Origin: Corallochytrium limacisporum Hawaii
Lineage: Eukaryota > Protista > Pluriformea
Direction: 5' to 3'
NCBI GenBank assembly: GCA_002811645.1
Contig: PDIP01000110.1
Span: forward strand, 1-64,000
DNA length: 64,000 nt
In this document: positions 48,901-57,897 of the stretch, in pieces
Layout of the letters: the number at the start of each line of letters is the position of its first letter
How positions within the stretch are numbered: the first letter of the stretch is position 1
Program-made: the position numbers and the translations under genes
The notes under the pieces: generated by a model
What the model was told of the DNA's origin: nothing
Seen by the model: the letters and a program-made list of their open reading frames with translations, nothing else
Database searches by the model: none

Positions 48901-50717
48901 TCGTGCACCGTCTCCTGCAAGACCCGCCTGGTGGAGTGGATGAGGGAGCTGAAGCATTGGGTCAGAACGATTTCCAGGACGCTCTGGCTGGTTTGCGTTC
49001 TTCTCTGGCCCAGAATATTAAGAATGGCGACGAGGCTAAGCCACTGTGCAACGTCCTGACATCCAAATTGTTGGAGATAAATGGTCAGTTTAAGACTGCC
49101 TTGGGCATGGTGGATGCGCCATCTTCGAAGAAATCTCCTGAAGCCCTCTTCCTGAAGCTGCGTTTGATGCTCCGTGATGCGCAGACCAATTTTTCTGGCG
49201 ATGCTATGATGGCAGCCCTTGGTGACTTGGAAGCCAACATCGCTGACGATCCCAAACATGCTGCAGAAGCCGCCTATTACCGTGGCCTAATTGCCTACTG
49301 CTCTGGCCAGCTTGATGAGGCCGCATCGGAACTACTGCAAGCGGTCGATCAGGCGAAACAAGCATACGCCAATAGGGCCATGGATAAGCACGATGTGCGG
49401 ACGCTATACATGACAACCCTCAGCCTAATTGCTCTGGCTGCTGGTGATGCTGACACAGCACAATCGATTCTGATTGAGAGTTTGGAACTTGATCCTGCAT
49501 ACCTAGAGGCTCTCGAAATCCTCCACGCAATGGGTATCTATATGCAGAACGAAACAGTCATGGACGCTGCCGTCGCGGAGTACGCGAAGGCTCCTGTTGA
49601 CCAGCTGTCACAGACCCGGGGCTACCACCGCGAGTTGTTGATGGCTCTGCATGCGGCGACAGTGGGTAAGAAAGACCTGGCCACTGCGCGCATACAGGCC
49701 TACATCCATGCCTATCCACATGACTGGCGTGGGTGGATGGATCTAACTGCTACGCTACTCACCAAAGACGTTGCTGGCTGCGAACCCTCCACCGTACAAC
49801 GGATCGCTAAAACCGCCCTGCACTTGCAGCGGGAAGCCATGGCTAGGCAAAGCCAGGCTTGGAGCCGGAAGTCAGTGCAAGGTCAGAAGGGCCGGATTGA
49901 TGGCAGTCTGCTCATGCCAAACACCGCATTGTTGCCAACGCTTGCCGCCCTGCAGATTGCACACACACGTGAGTCTGGAGGCAGCCTGCGAGATGCTTAT
50001 TATGAGGCCCTGAGCGCTGTGCATATCAAGCCTTGGGATGAGTCGTGCGTGGGTCTGTTGGCACAGACCGCAATGGCGCTCTGGGAGGTCGAGGGCGACG
50101 AAGCCGCGTGGCAGACACTTCAGCGACTACCCATCGCCGAGCAGACTGGATCACAGACGTGGGCGAATGTCCTGCAGGAGTACATTGCCAGTCACGGGCC
50201 CGACTGCGCCGACCACTTACGACAGCTCTGCGCAATCCTGCTAGACCAGGGCTGCGGTATGCTGGCAGTGCAGATCCTTGTACATAGCCTAACTGTCCGT
50301 GGACAGTATGATGCCGCAGCTGTGTTGTTGGAAGCAGCTGCAGCCGAAGAACACGACGCGGCCACGCCCCAAACGGCCGCAAATCTCTCCCTCCAGCGCG
50401 CATACATAGCTATGCTTCGTGGTGATGTTGCTGCAGCCCAAAAGTTTTTGCAGGACGCCAAGACCGTCTCTGATAGTGCCCCCAGGTCTTTGGAGACTAG
50501 TGTTGCCCTCTACCTGCGCGGTGTCCAGGCAGGATCCGGCCAAAAGAGCCATGCAAAACAGAGCAAACGCTTCCTGAGTCATGATTCTTTGCTGCAGACC
50601 CATGGCTACTACAGAGAATTAATCACACAGTCCGAGTCAAAGGACGATGACTCTCTTTGCAGGCAGGAGTCTGCAAATCTGTGGGAAGCTATTAAGGGAT
50701 CTGCAAGTGGTGCATGA
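45999..50717 (+). CDS. SKI3: Ski complex TPR subunit (SKI3/TTC37)
   Basis: N-terminal KLKDLLKGAK..Y..A..DKNSYLAY..GAA..AEQAYRKATDLKPDNPLAWRGL, TPR arrays throughout, CLAQHAFI motif, 1572 aa. Confidence 0.85.
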   Translation: MSKLKDLLKGAKDCLDTDRYEEALLWLKDAIAKDKNSYLAYTMSGAAFAGIGDAKSLDKAEQAYRKATDLKPDNPLAWRGLFKLYMDNIKYNTTKRAEVICDVGEHLRTLSSYSEQPVEKQIEILEALADAHADLGNQSQAMQIFMTLGEMYKTIENGSKAATAFARAATVYAGASVTKGDSIMEDFDITDEYLKCLKSLIFHLSQDRSRIEQVRASSARLGKGIVTQFLQRARGSTEAERNALCKAALEAIDQNMKRSIVPGAFRPHAILLACDDVNLSDDIHAIIEDLRQVQDKYTSAKGGAIGAVKETDDLDEFPQCSLMNLPSLWTRALQASHRTGTEEEDLRIILKCVKRLTENLDCLRYMKVETLLGIVNVELLASGPATSKTQALHILEDMDIIPALWKYKRLFIIANSVGDQLKAESALSKCLEIDNSDSELWLRQALLLAKSTEVDKVRALDAINQARKLSPQNALILRTWGTLHMKLCDDVEFRELQQDIQKAMLLAARRNADDPESFHVLGEYYERCDQSLQALKCYFKAVKLSPTTMYEMGEKLQDMMITHGEKGMQLELWQLLSESAPTGNATWASEAWGDHLFYTCRGFSGAAKAYHKALRGTEEQKNPWLWEKLGNAYMKMGQLPAAARSFLQAIDLYDDQSAKVGPSVSLAYSYYRQGQAAEGLEILQRLEASEVTMEPEIKYIIGYNSAIIHDYLHREMFLERRNGSACDHAMAAIRHLISCQTYAHADHTEILNMICRLTVSLFYNIDANRHLKDLASLLQEALGAQSSDALHDRKSILKAVLEHFKDCMASDPTTYTPRYNYSTVVLELMDETEDDDVSDLCEQALNVMSEAVVLRPDVPSGWELLGILALLNDEPCLAQHAFISRLKLRESSRGWCLLAILYYLQRNVQLAFECLHRGQMSDVLYGKVWTVQAVVAEDAGNFVEAVNLWRQSAALSTEVNAALGYAAIVHRLLQDPPGGVDEGAEALGQNDFQDALAGLRSSLAQNIKNGDEAKPLCNVLTSKLLEINGQFKTALGMVDAPSSKKSPEALFLKLRLMLRDAQTNFSGDAMMAALGDLEANIADDPKHAAEAAYYRGLIAYCSGQLDEAASELLQAVDQAKQAYANRAMDKHDVRTLYMTTLSLIALAAGDADTAQSILIESLELDPAYLEALEILHAMGIYMQNETVMDAAVAEYAKAPVDQLSQTRGYHRELLMALHAATVGKKDLATARIQAYIHAYPHDWRGWMDLTATLLTKDVAGCEPSTVQRIAKTALHLQREAMARQSQAWSRKSVQGQKGRIDGSLLMPNTALLPTLAALQIAHTRESGGSLRDAYYEALSAVHIKPWDESCVGLLAQTAMALWEVEGDEAAWQTLQRLPIAEQTGSQTWANVLQEYIASHGPDCADHLRQLCAILLDQGCGMLAVQILVHSLTVRGQYDAAAVLLEAAAAEEHDAATPQTAANLSLQRAYIAMLRGDVAAAQKFLQDAKTVSDSAPRSLETSVALYLRGVQAGSGQKSHAKQSKRFLSHDSLLQTHGYYRELITQSESKDDDSLCRQESANLWEAIKGSASGA

Positions 50718-50778
50718 GCAGGAGAGGTGTCTACGAACCCATTAAAGTAAATGTGTACACTAGTGCTAAGTTTAATCT

Positions 50779-53700
50779 TTAGATCTGTCCATTGGTGAGG
50801 ATGTACTCTCGGTATGCATTGACAAAGCGCTTCACCGTGGCAAGATTTTTGACACCGGCAAGTCCTTGGCTTTGCAACGAAACATCCCGGCGGTCATCCA
50901 CGTCGTTGAGGCCATGGAAGAGCTGGTTGTGGATCGCCGTTGAACTAGCGAATCGCAAGGAGTAGCGCTTCTTGGTCATAGCAAGCGTGAGGCGATTTTG
51001 CTTCGGGCCAAGGCGCATCTTGGCCATATTCTGTGCGGCGTCGTCAGCTGCACGTCCGCGCAGAGTTCGAATGATTGCGTGCCGCTGGAAAGTCTCGATA
51101 GGAGCGACACGCTTGATGCAGCGGACTTCTGACAGGCCCACAATCTCGCCCATTTGAAAGCAGCACTCTCCAATGACCATATCCCCGCCGGTCTTGTTCG
51201 GGTCTGCGGCGACAATCGCGATCACAATGATTGAGCTCATGACGTGGTCATCGGGTACGTCCCACTGAAAAGTCTCTCCGAAGCTGATCAGTTCGTTCGA
51301 CCATGGTTCCATGGCCGTGGTTTTGTTATTGTCCAGCACATTTCGTGCGCGACGCACCTCCGCCCGGACGGTAATGAATGGAGAGTGGTTCGGATCACCC
51401 AAACCTTCATACGGGTTGGGCAGGTTGGTGATCTGGTCAACGTCGACCGAGACGCGTGTCTTACCTTCATTGTCTGTCGGGTCCCGCTTCCGCTCCGCTT
51501 CAAGCCGCACAGTGTAGCGAATGATGCCATACTCGGCTTCCTTACTGCCCTCATCAGTGATGTTTGCCTTGTTGGCCTGCAAAAGGTAGTACTTGTCGAT
51601 CAAATTATCCGTCGTGTGCTTCATGTAGTCTGCAGCCTGGAACAGATTGTGGTACTCTTGTGTTTGCAAATCATTGTTTGTGAGTACGTGAATCTTACCG
51701 TTGACCCAGGACGTTGCTCCCGACATTGCCATATCCAGTTCCGGTGATTGGGTAGAGGACAATGTGCCAACTCCAATCATGGACATAATGTCCTCTCCAC
51801 CGCGACTGTATCCTTCTGTCTGCTCCTGTTTCAGAGCAGCGTCAATAATCTTCGACCAAACAGTGGCGTATTTCGGAGAGTGAGTTGCCATAAACTGGCG
51901 CAGCTCATCGGCGTAGAGGAGTAGAAGTTTGTATGCATTCGCACTGACAGCAGATCCCGTAAGCGGCAACAAAATGTCGAGGATTGTGATGAGGATATTG
52001 TGCCAGAGACAATACTGGATGTGCTCATGAACTGAAGGATAGGCAAAGCTCAGCATGACACGCAGAACCGAATCGAGGTAATTTGTCAGGGGAGCCAGTT
52101 GTTCCTCAGCTGTCTTGCCATCCGGTTCTTTGCTTCCGAAGCTGAATTTTCCACTCGTCTTGCGAATGAGGGATCCACCACGTGGACTCAAAAGCTCACC
52201 CTGAGCCGCTGCCTTAGACTCCTCTGCCAGATCCATTGGCTTACGATCGTTGCACAAATCAGTGAGATAGGCAGAGAGCACGTTTCGTGATGGGGTAAGC
52301 AAATGGTCCACGAGACGATCTGCGAAATTGGTCAGCAGATTCAACGTTTCTGCAACATACATAGTTTCAGAGTCCGGGTTCATCCAATCGATGCTCTTGT
52401 CCCGAACCCCTCCTTTGACGTTTCCCACGCGCAGACGCATGGCTCGTAATTTCCGCTCCACTTGAAGAATATAGTGACACGTCACAGCAATGTTGTTCAA
52501 AGCAACCACGATTTCTCCCGTGTATTTGGCGGAATGGTCTGCCTTCTTGCCAGTGAGGCGGCGCGAGTTTTCATTTTTCGGGCCCCGTGGGCTCACCAAT
52601 TCATTCAGGCTGGTTGTACTACCTGCACCGCTTACACTGCTGGCGACCTGAAGGTCTTCGGTGCTAATATCCATACTCCGTCCCATGGTCAAGGAGAATT
52701 TCTTCAGCTGCTCCTCGACGCTGCTGAGGTAGGCCTGCATCAATGTGAACACAAGGGCAGCAACCTGTGCCCGCAAGCGGTCAGCACCCTGCACACTTGC
52801 AAGCTGAACTGCATCCATGGGATGCATAATTTCCTTCATGAATCGCTCCAAAATGATCTGAATACCGATGGTATGCTTCCGGAAGTCATCTGCCTCTAAT
52901 GGACACGCCGCCTCCACTACCCAAGATTCCATGTACCGTTCTAACTCCAGGAAGTACTGGAGTATTGCAGGCTCAAAAATTGCACTGTAGTCGTTCAAAG
53001 GATTCTGAGACGATTCGTCATTGGGGATGATCACCGTAACGAGATTGTCCAGCTTACCAAGAATCTCAAAAATGTCATCTGCACCTCCCTGTGATTCTAA
53101 ACGAACGGCTAGCGTCTCAGCTTCTGCTTTCAGCGGTTTCAAGTAGCCGTTGTAGATGCATTGGAGCAAACTGTATCCATGGGCACTAAACATCTGCATA
53201 TCCTCTACTGTGGCCCTTGCACACCGCTGTGTCACTTCGTCCAGCAGGTCCAGGAAGATTTGGGTGCTCCTGCCCTCACCATACTTGATCACCAGCTGAC
53301 TCTTGAATGCTGTGAAAGACTCTTCCATTTTCTTGCTAATTTCATCTGTAACGGATGGCATGTGTTGAGCTTGAAAGAAATCTGTTTTTGAAAACAGTGC
53401 TTCAATTTCCTCAATGGCCATGAGCACGTCGTCCAAGCGCGCTCCCATGATGGCCACTAGAGCCGGATCCACACCCGACTGCGGCTCCTCATGTTCAGAT
53501 TCCACGACACTCATGCCAATTGGAGATGTGGTGGAGTAGTACGTTGACACCACCGTGCATAGGCCCTCCCGAAGATTCCGGAGGTATTGGCCCAGAGCAG
53601 TCCTGCGCCCTTGATTGGCTCGCTGCAGGCTTCTTTCGTCCAAAATGGAGTTCTTGAATCTACGGATGTAAAAGGAGTTGTTCACGGGGACCACAGTCGC

Positions 53701-54756
53701 ATCTTTCCAGATCTGCTGTGTTAGATAGGCCAACAAAAATCCGTACATTTCGAACTCCGGTAGGTCATAAAGACGGCAGTAGTGTTCCAGTAGAAGGAGC
53801 ATTTCTTTCGTGACCTGTCCTTGCCAAATCTCACGACTTTCTGGGTCAAACTTGTTAGATGCTTCCGCATCTACTGTAAGGTCAAGATTTTCACTTGATA
53901 TGCGAATGCGATCCGATGATGACAGGCTGGCCCGTGATCCGGAGAGCAACCCGCTCATCCTCCTCCGTATTTTCTTCTCCTCCTTCTGGCTGAGGGACGC
54001 GGCCTCATTGGATCCCGAAATGCTTGAAGCTTGGCCTATACTACCTCGAAGACCTGGATCGGGCATCGATCCGATGCTATTCTTGGTGGCTCCGAAGCTA
54101 TGCACCGGCACCATCTGTGCGCACACCCTACAAGTGAGTTGTACAAGATCTTGCAAGTTTCTGCGGTTGCCCAATAGCTTCGATGGCAGCTCGCCAGAAT
54201 CAACTTCGATGCGTGTCTTGAGCAATAGTTGAAATGTTTTGCCTTTGCCGATACCACCGGGGGTCTGGAGTGTGACTGCTAGAGGTCTCTTCTCCAGCCG
54301 GTTCAGAACCATGTCGTTCATGCTAGCGACGCCTTTGCCGTAAACTCGCTGACCCCCCTCCTTCATCAAGGACACCGCCACCTTGGTGGGCAGGTTGTCC
54401 ATGCTGACCTTCATCGCATTGCTGACCTCCTTCTGGAAGGGCAAGTCAAAGCACTGCGACTCCACAACATCATCTGTTCCAATTTCCACTCTTACAAATA
54501 CCTTACGATCCTTATCAGGCTTATCAATGCCATTGATCCCGCTCACATCAACGATAAGCGTCCGCAGTGGCGGAATGGGCGCCTGGTTGTCTTTCTCCAA
54601 GTTGTGCGTATCAGGGAACAGCTGATCCACCGCTTGCAATAGGCGTGACCTGCTGACAGCAATGTCATTGGCCGTATTATCAAGACGGTTCTCTACGGCC
54701 AGCAAGCAACCGTTCCGCAGGGTCTGGGGATCTGTTACAACGTCGTCGACCCCCAT
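50779..54756 (-). CDS. Unc13/Munc13-4/BAIAP3-like protein (C2 - MUN/MHD - C2)
   Basis: N-terminal C2-like segment, IVVALNNI, MHD2-like EQLAPLTNYLDSVL..LWHNIL, TTDNLIDKYY, C-terminal C2 (PFITVR..FGETFQW..DMVIGEC), then IIRTLRGRAADDAAQNMAKMR as in Unc13 C-termini. Confidence 0.78.
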   Translation of the reverse strand: MGVDDVVTDPQTLRNGCLLAVENRLDNTANDIAVSRSRLLQAVDQLFPDTHNLEKDNQAPIPPLRTLIVDVSGINGIDKPDKDRKVFVRVEIGTDDVVESQCFDLPFQKEVSNAMKVSMDNLPTKVAVSLMKEGGQRVYGKGVASMNDMVLNRLEKRPLAVTLQTPGGIGKGKTFQLLLKTRIEVDSGELPSKLLGNRRNLQDLVQLTCRVCAQMVPVHSFGATKNSIGSMPDPGLRGSIGQASSISGSNEAASLSQKEEKKIRRRMSGLLSGSRASLSSSDRIRISSENLDLTVDAEASNKFDPESREIWQGQVTKEMLLLLEHYCRLYDLPEFEMYGFLLAYLTQQIWKDATVVPVNNSFYIRRFKNSILDERSLQRANQGRRTALGQYLRNLREGLCTVVSTYYSTTSPIGMSVVESEHEEPQSGVDPALVAIMGARLDDVLMAIEEIEALFSKTDFFQAQHMPSVTDEISKKMEESFTAFKSQLVIKYGEGRSTQIFLDLLDEVTQRCARATVEDMQMFSAHGYSLLQCIYNGYLKPLKAEAETLAVRLESQGGADDIFEILGKLDNLVTVIIPNDESSQNPLNDYSAIFEPAILQYFLELERYMESWVVEAACPLEADDFRKHTIGIQIILERFMKEIMHPMDAVQLASVQGADRLRAQVAALVFTLMQAYLSSVEEQLKKFSLTMGRSMDISTEDLQVASSVSGAGSTTSLNELVSPRGPKNENSRRLTGKKADHSAKYTGEIVVALNNIAVTCHYILQVERKLRAMRLRVGNVKGGVRDKSIDWMNPDSETMYVAETLNLLTNFADRLVDHLLTPSRNVLSAYLTDLCNDRKPMDLAEESKAAAQGELLSPRGGSLIRKTSGKFSFGSKEPDGKTAEEQLAPLTNYLDSVLRVMLSFAYPSVHEHIQYCLWHNILITILDILLPLTGSAVSANAYKLLLLYADELRQFMATHSPKYATVWSKIIDAALKQEQTEGYSRGGEDIMSMIGVGTLSSTQSPELDMAMSGATSWVNGKIHVLTNNDLQTQEYHNLFQAADYMKHTTDNLIDKYYLLQANKANITDEGSKEAEYGIIRYTVRLEAERKRDPTDNEGKTRVSVDVDQITNLPNPYEGLGDPNHSPFITVRAEVRRARNVLDNNKTTAMEPWSNELISFGETFQWDVPDDHVMSSIIVIAIVAADPNKTGGDMVIGECCFQMGEIVGLSEVRCIKRVAPIETFQRHAIIRTLRGRAADDAAQNMAKMRLGPKQNRLTLAMTKKRYSLRFASSTAIHNQLFHGLNDVDDRRDVSLQSQGLAGVKNLATVKRFVNAYREYILTNGQI

Positions 54757-55644
54757 CCTGCAAATGTTCGCTATGATGTCTCCTTCAGTCTGTATCTGTA
54801 TTCTGACTTGAATTCAATCACATGTTTCTAAGGGATCACACTCCCTTTCAACTGCACCTACCTCTGTAGCTCGGTACAGTCCGGTGTCATGCCAGGCCAC
54901 TTCGTGCTCGCAACTCCCCGAAATACCAGCAGGTTGCGACCGCGCATTGAGGGTCCGGCCCGCCAGCGGTCTCAACTGTTCAGGGACATATGAAAATGGA
55001 GGGGGGGGAGGAACAGTTGGTGATCGGGGAACAAACCGTAAAATCTAGAAAAATTTCAATAACAAAAGGACACAGGACAAAGGAAGGGGGAAGGGGGAGG
55101 GGGTTTATAGAATCTCCCCGCTGTATTTGAAGGAAGGCGCGGCGAAAAGTGACAACAGGTGTGATTCCGTACTCGTTCCGTTTCTTCTGCTCCACCGAAC
55201 CAGCGAGGGGAGGAGTTTTTTCTTTTTGATGGCTGGCTGTAGTATTGGGAACTGAGACTGTCTTCTTCGCAAGCATGTGTCGACTCAAGGGGGACGAGGG
55301 TTTTACGACGAGGAATCCCCTCACCGAGAACAAAACACGGGTCGTCAGGCGGCAAGCAAAATTCAGGAATTGGAAAGGGAGGAGGAAGGGGAAAAAGTCC
55401 ACAGCCTCAGTACTGAATTCTCCCCCCCCCCCGGGGGCAGGGGCCGGGAAACACGGAACAAGTCATCCCTTTCTTCAATTGACCACGCACGTCGTTCGAC
55501 CGGACGGTTTCATAACGGAGCCCAACCCTTCGCTAGCAAAGTGACCAGGGCCCTCGGGCATCGGCGGGGGGCCGGCGCAGGGGAAATATTGGGGAGGGCA
55601 GTGAAAGTTGGACTGCAGAATGGGAACCGAGCTTTGGACGTTGA

Positions 55645-56976
55645 TCAGGCCTGCTCGATGGCTTCGCAGATCTTATGCTCCACCAGCCAGTCGCGGTCCT
55701 GGCCCCAAGTGTGCCAGTCGTTGACCTGGAAAGATGGAACGCCCCAGAGGTTGAGCTCATTGAAGAGGATTTGACGGTTCCGCTCTGTAAGCTCATCTGC
55801 TTCAGAGTGATCTCCTTTGAGGAGCTCGGCTACTTTGTCAGTATCTAGCCCGATATCCTTAGCGATCTGCAGAATGTTGCTATCCTTGCCCATATCAATG
55901 CCTTCCGACCAACTGCGTTTGTTGAAGAGCCAGATGAAGTCGCTGCCTTTACCTTGTGACCGAGCATACGGGTACACCTTCAGTCCGTTCTGGACGCCAC
56001 CACCACGGATGGGATCACAAATGAATCCGAATGGAATTCCAATGCTCCGAGCGCGACGGGCAGTATCCCGGGCAATGTACATTCGCTTGACATCCGGTAC
56101 CGGCAGCCCACGGAGAACCATAGGCTTCACGAGATGGAAGTTAAAGTTGATGCGGTCGTCCTTCTCCCACCTTTGAATATCCGGCATTGCCAGGTAGCTG
56201 TATGGACTGCGGATCGAGTAAAATACGGCAACCTTGGGTTTCTTCTTGACTGACGTCTTGGTCACCTTGTCCAACGTCTTGTTTCCTTTTAGATTCAAAA
56301 TGTGCGACCCCTTGTGACTGGCGTCTTTAAGTATACCGAGATCCTGCAGGCGATCTTCGAGGAAGTACAAACGATCAATGCCCCAGTACCACTCACCTTG
56401 ATAGTAGAGCATGCCACTGAGGTAGTGACCTGTGCTATCCCTTTCCTTCGCATTGTCATCAAGGACCTTAAGTGCATCGGCATCAGTCACTTCGGAAGGG
56501 GCCTTCGACTTCAGGGTGTTCTCGTCACCTGCCCACAGAGCCTTGGCAGCATCCAAGAAACCATCTAGAGCCTGCTCATTATCGGCCTTGGCAGCAGCCA
56601 CAGCAATTCTTATCGCCAGATCAAGCTGTGTCTGTGACGGTTGCTTACCGGGATCATTGAATTGCAAGCCATAGAACGGTGCAATGTCAGCACAATCGCG
56701 GCGGTTATGAACATCCAGCTTTTCAGCCTCTTGTGCAGCCCACGGTGCTGGAGGAGGCACGACGCGAATATGCAGTTTCGATTTGTAACGCCTCGTGAAC
56801 TCCTTCAATGACTGTGCGAGCAAATAGGAATGCGCATCATCAAGCTGTAGGTACGCATACACGTTGTGCTCGCTGAAAGTTCCCATGCGCACCAACTCTC
56901 TTGCGGATCGAAAAGTATTCTGTAAGGTCTCTCCCAAGAGAATCCTTACGAAGTAAGGTGCAATTGCTTGCGACAT
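55645..56976 (-). CDS. tandem DsbA-family / 2-hydroxychromene-2-carboxylate isomerase (GST-kappa-like) two-domain protein
   Basis: Domain 1 LQLDDAHSYLL..GHYLSGMLYYQGEWYWGIDRL; domain 2 FYSIRSPYSYLA..PMVLRGLPVP..LWGVPSF..WGQDR. First ATG at 56976 (ACC ATG). Confidence 0.88.
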   Translation of the reverse strand: MSQAIAPYFVRILLGETLQNTFRSARELVRMGTFSEHNVYAYLQLDDAHSYLLAQSLKEFTRRYKSKLHIRVVPPPAPWAAQEAEKLDVHNRRDCADIAPFYGLQFNDPGKQPSQTQLDLAIRIAVAAAKADNEQALDGFLDAAKALWAGDENTLKSKAPSEVTDADALKVLDDNAKERDSTGHYLSGMLYYQGEWYWGIDRLYFLEDRLQDLGILKDASHKGSHILNLKGNKTLDKVTKTSVKKKPKVAVFYSIRSPYSYLAMPDIQRWEKDDRINFNFHLVKPMVLRGLPVPDVKRMYIARDTARRARSIGIPFGFICDPIRGGGVQNGLKVYPYARSQGKGSDFIWLFNKRSWSEGIDMGKDSNILQIAKDIGLDTDKVAELLKGDHSEADELTERNRQILFNELNLWGVPSFQVNDWHTWGQDRDWLVEHKICEAIEQA

Positions 56977-57897
56977 GGTGTATTGATTTTCACTTTGGTT
57001 CAACTCCTACCGGTCTTGATCGGCATTGTCACAGCGCATCAGTGGCCTTATGCTTGTACCTGAGCGCAGAATGGTACGCTTTACTACTCGTGAAATATGT
57101 AGTACCCATCTAGCCGAGGACAGGATCGTGAACTGATTTGGAGGTCACAAGCCAGCTCTACCCCCCCCCTTGCCTGCGCAAAGGTTGAGACCGTCCACCC
57201 TATAGTAAAATTATGGACTAGTTGTCGTATTCGATCCCACAATGAAATGGCGTGAGTCTGCGAACACTTTCGATCTATCTTCCCTTGCAGTGAGCTGATC
57301 CGCAGATGCATTGGTAGGTTGATGACTGTCCATTGTTCCATTGCGAAGCTATAAATACACTCAGGCTTTTTAGATTTGCGAGTCATAATGAAGACCCCCT
57401 TCGCTGTCGGTCGGCCCTCCCCCGTTTCCTTTCTGCCGGGGGGGGGGGCTTTGCGAATCATCTTCCAGTTCGTACAATAACCGACTGAAATGATTTATTT
57501 TGATTTGATTAATTTAAGTATGGGAATGGACTTGCTGTTGGGATTGATTCGTTAAAGAATCGAACCGTCCGAACCCAGGGCAAGACAAAGTGGCATCCGA
57601 CCCCGCAGTACAGCGTGTGGAGACCTTGTGGGATTTGGCGCGACAGGTTGGAAACTGTGCGCCATAGATGAGATCCTGAGGCCCACCACAAAGAGGGCTA
57701 GACCACATTCCTATCTGGAGTACGACCTTCCTGTGGGCTGGAAGCGGTACACAAAGGCAGGTATTTTTGTGCGATGCCGGTGTCAACCATGACTGTAGCC
57801 CTCAAACTTTTGCTCGCCGCACCACAGATTGGCATTCCTCACGAAACATAATGTGGATTCATTTTGCTTTAATCAACAAGGAATCCAAACTGAAACG

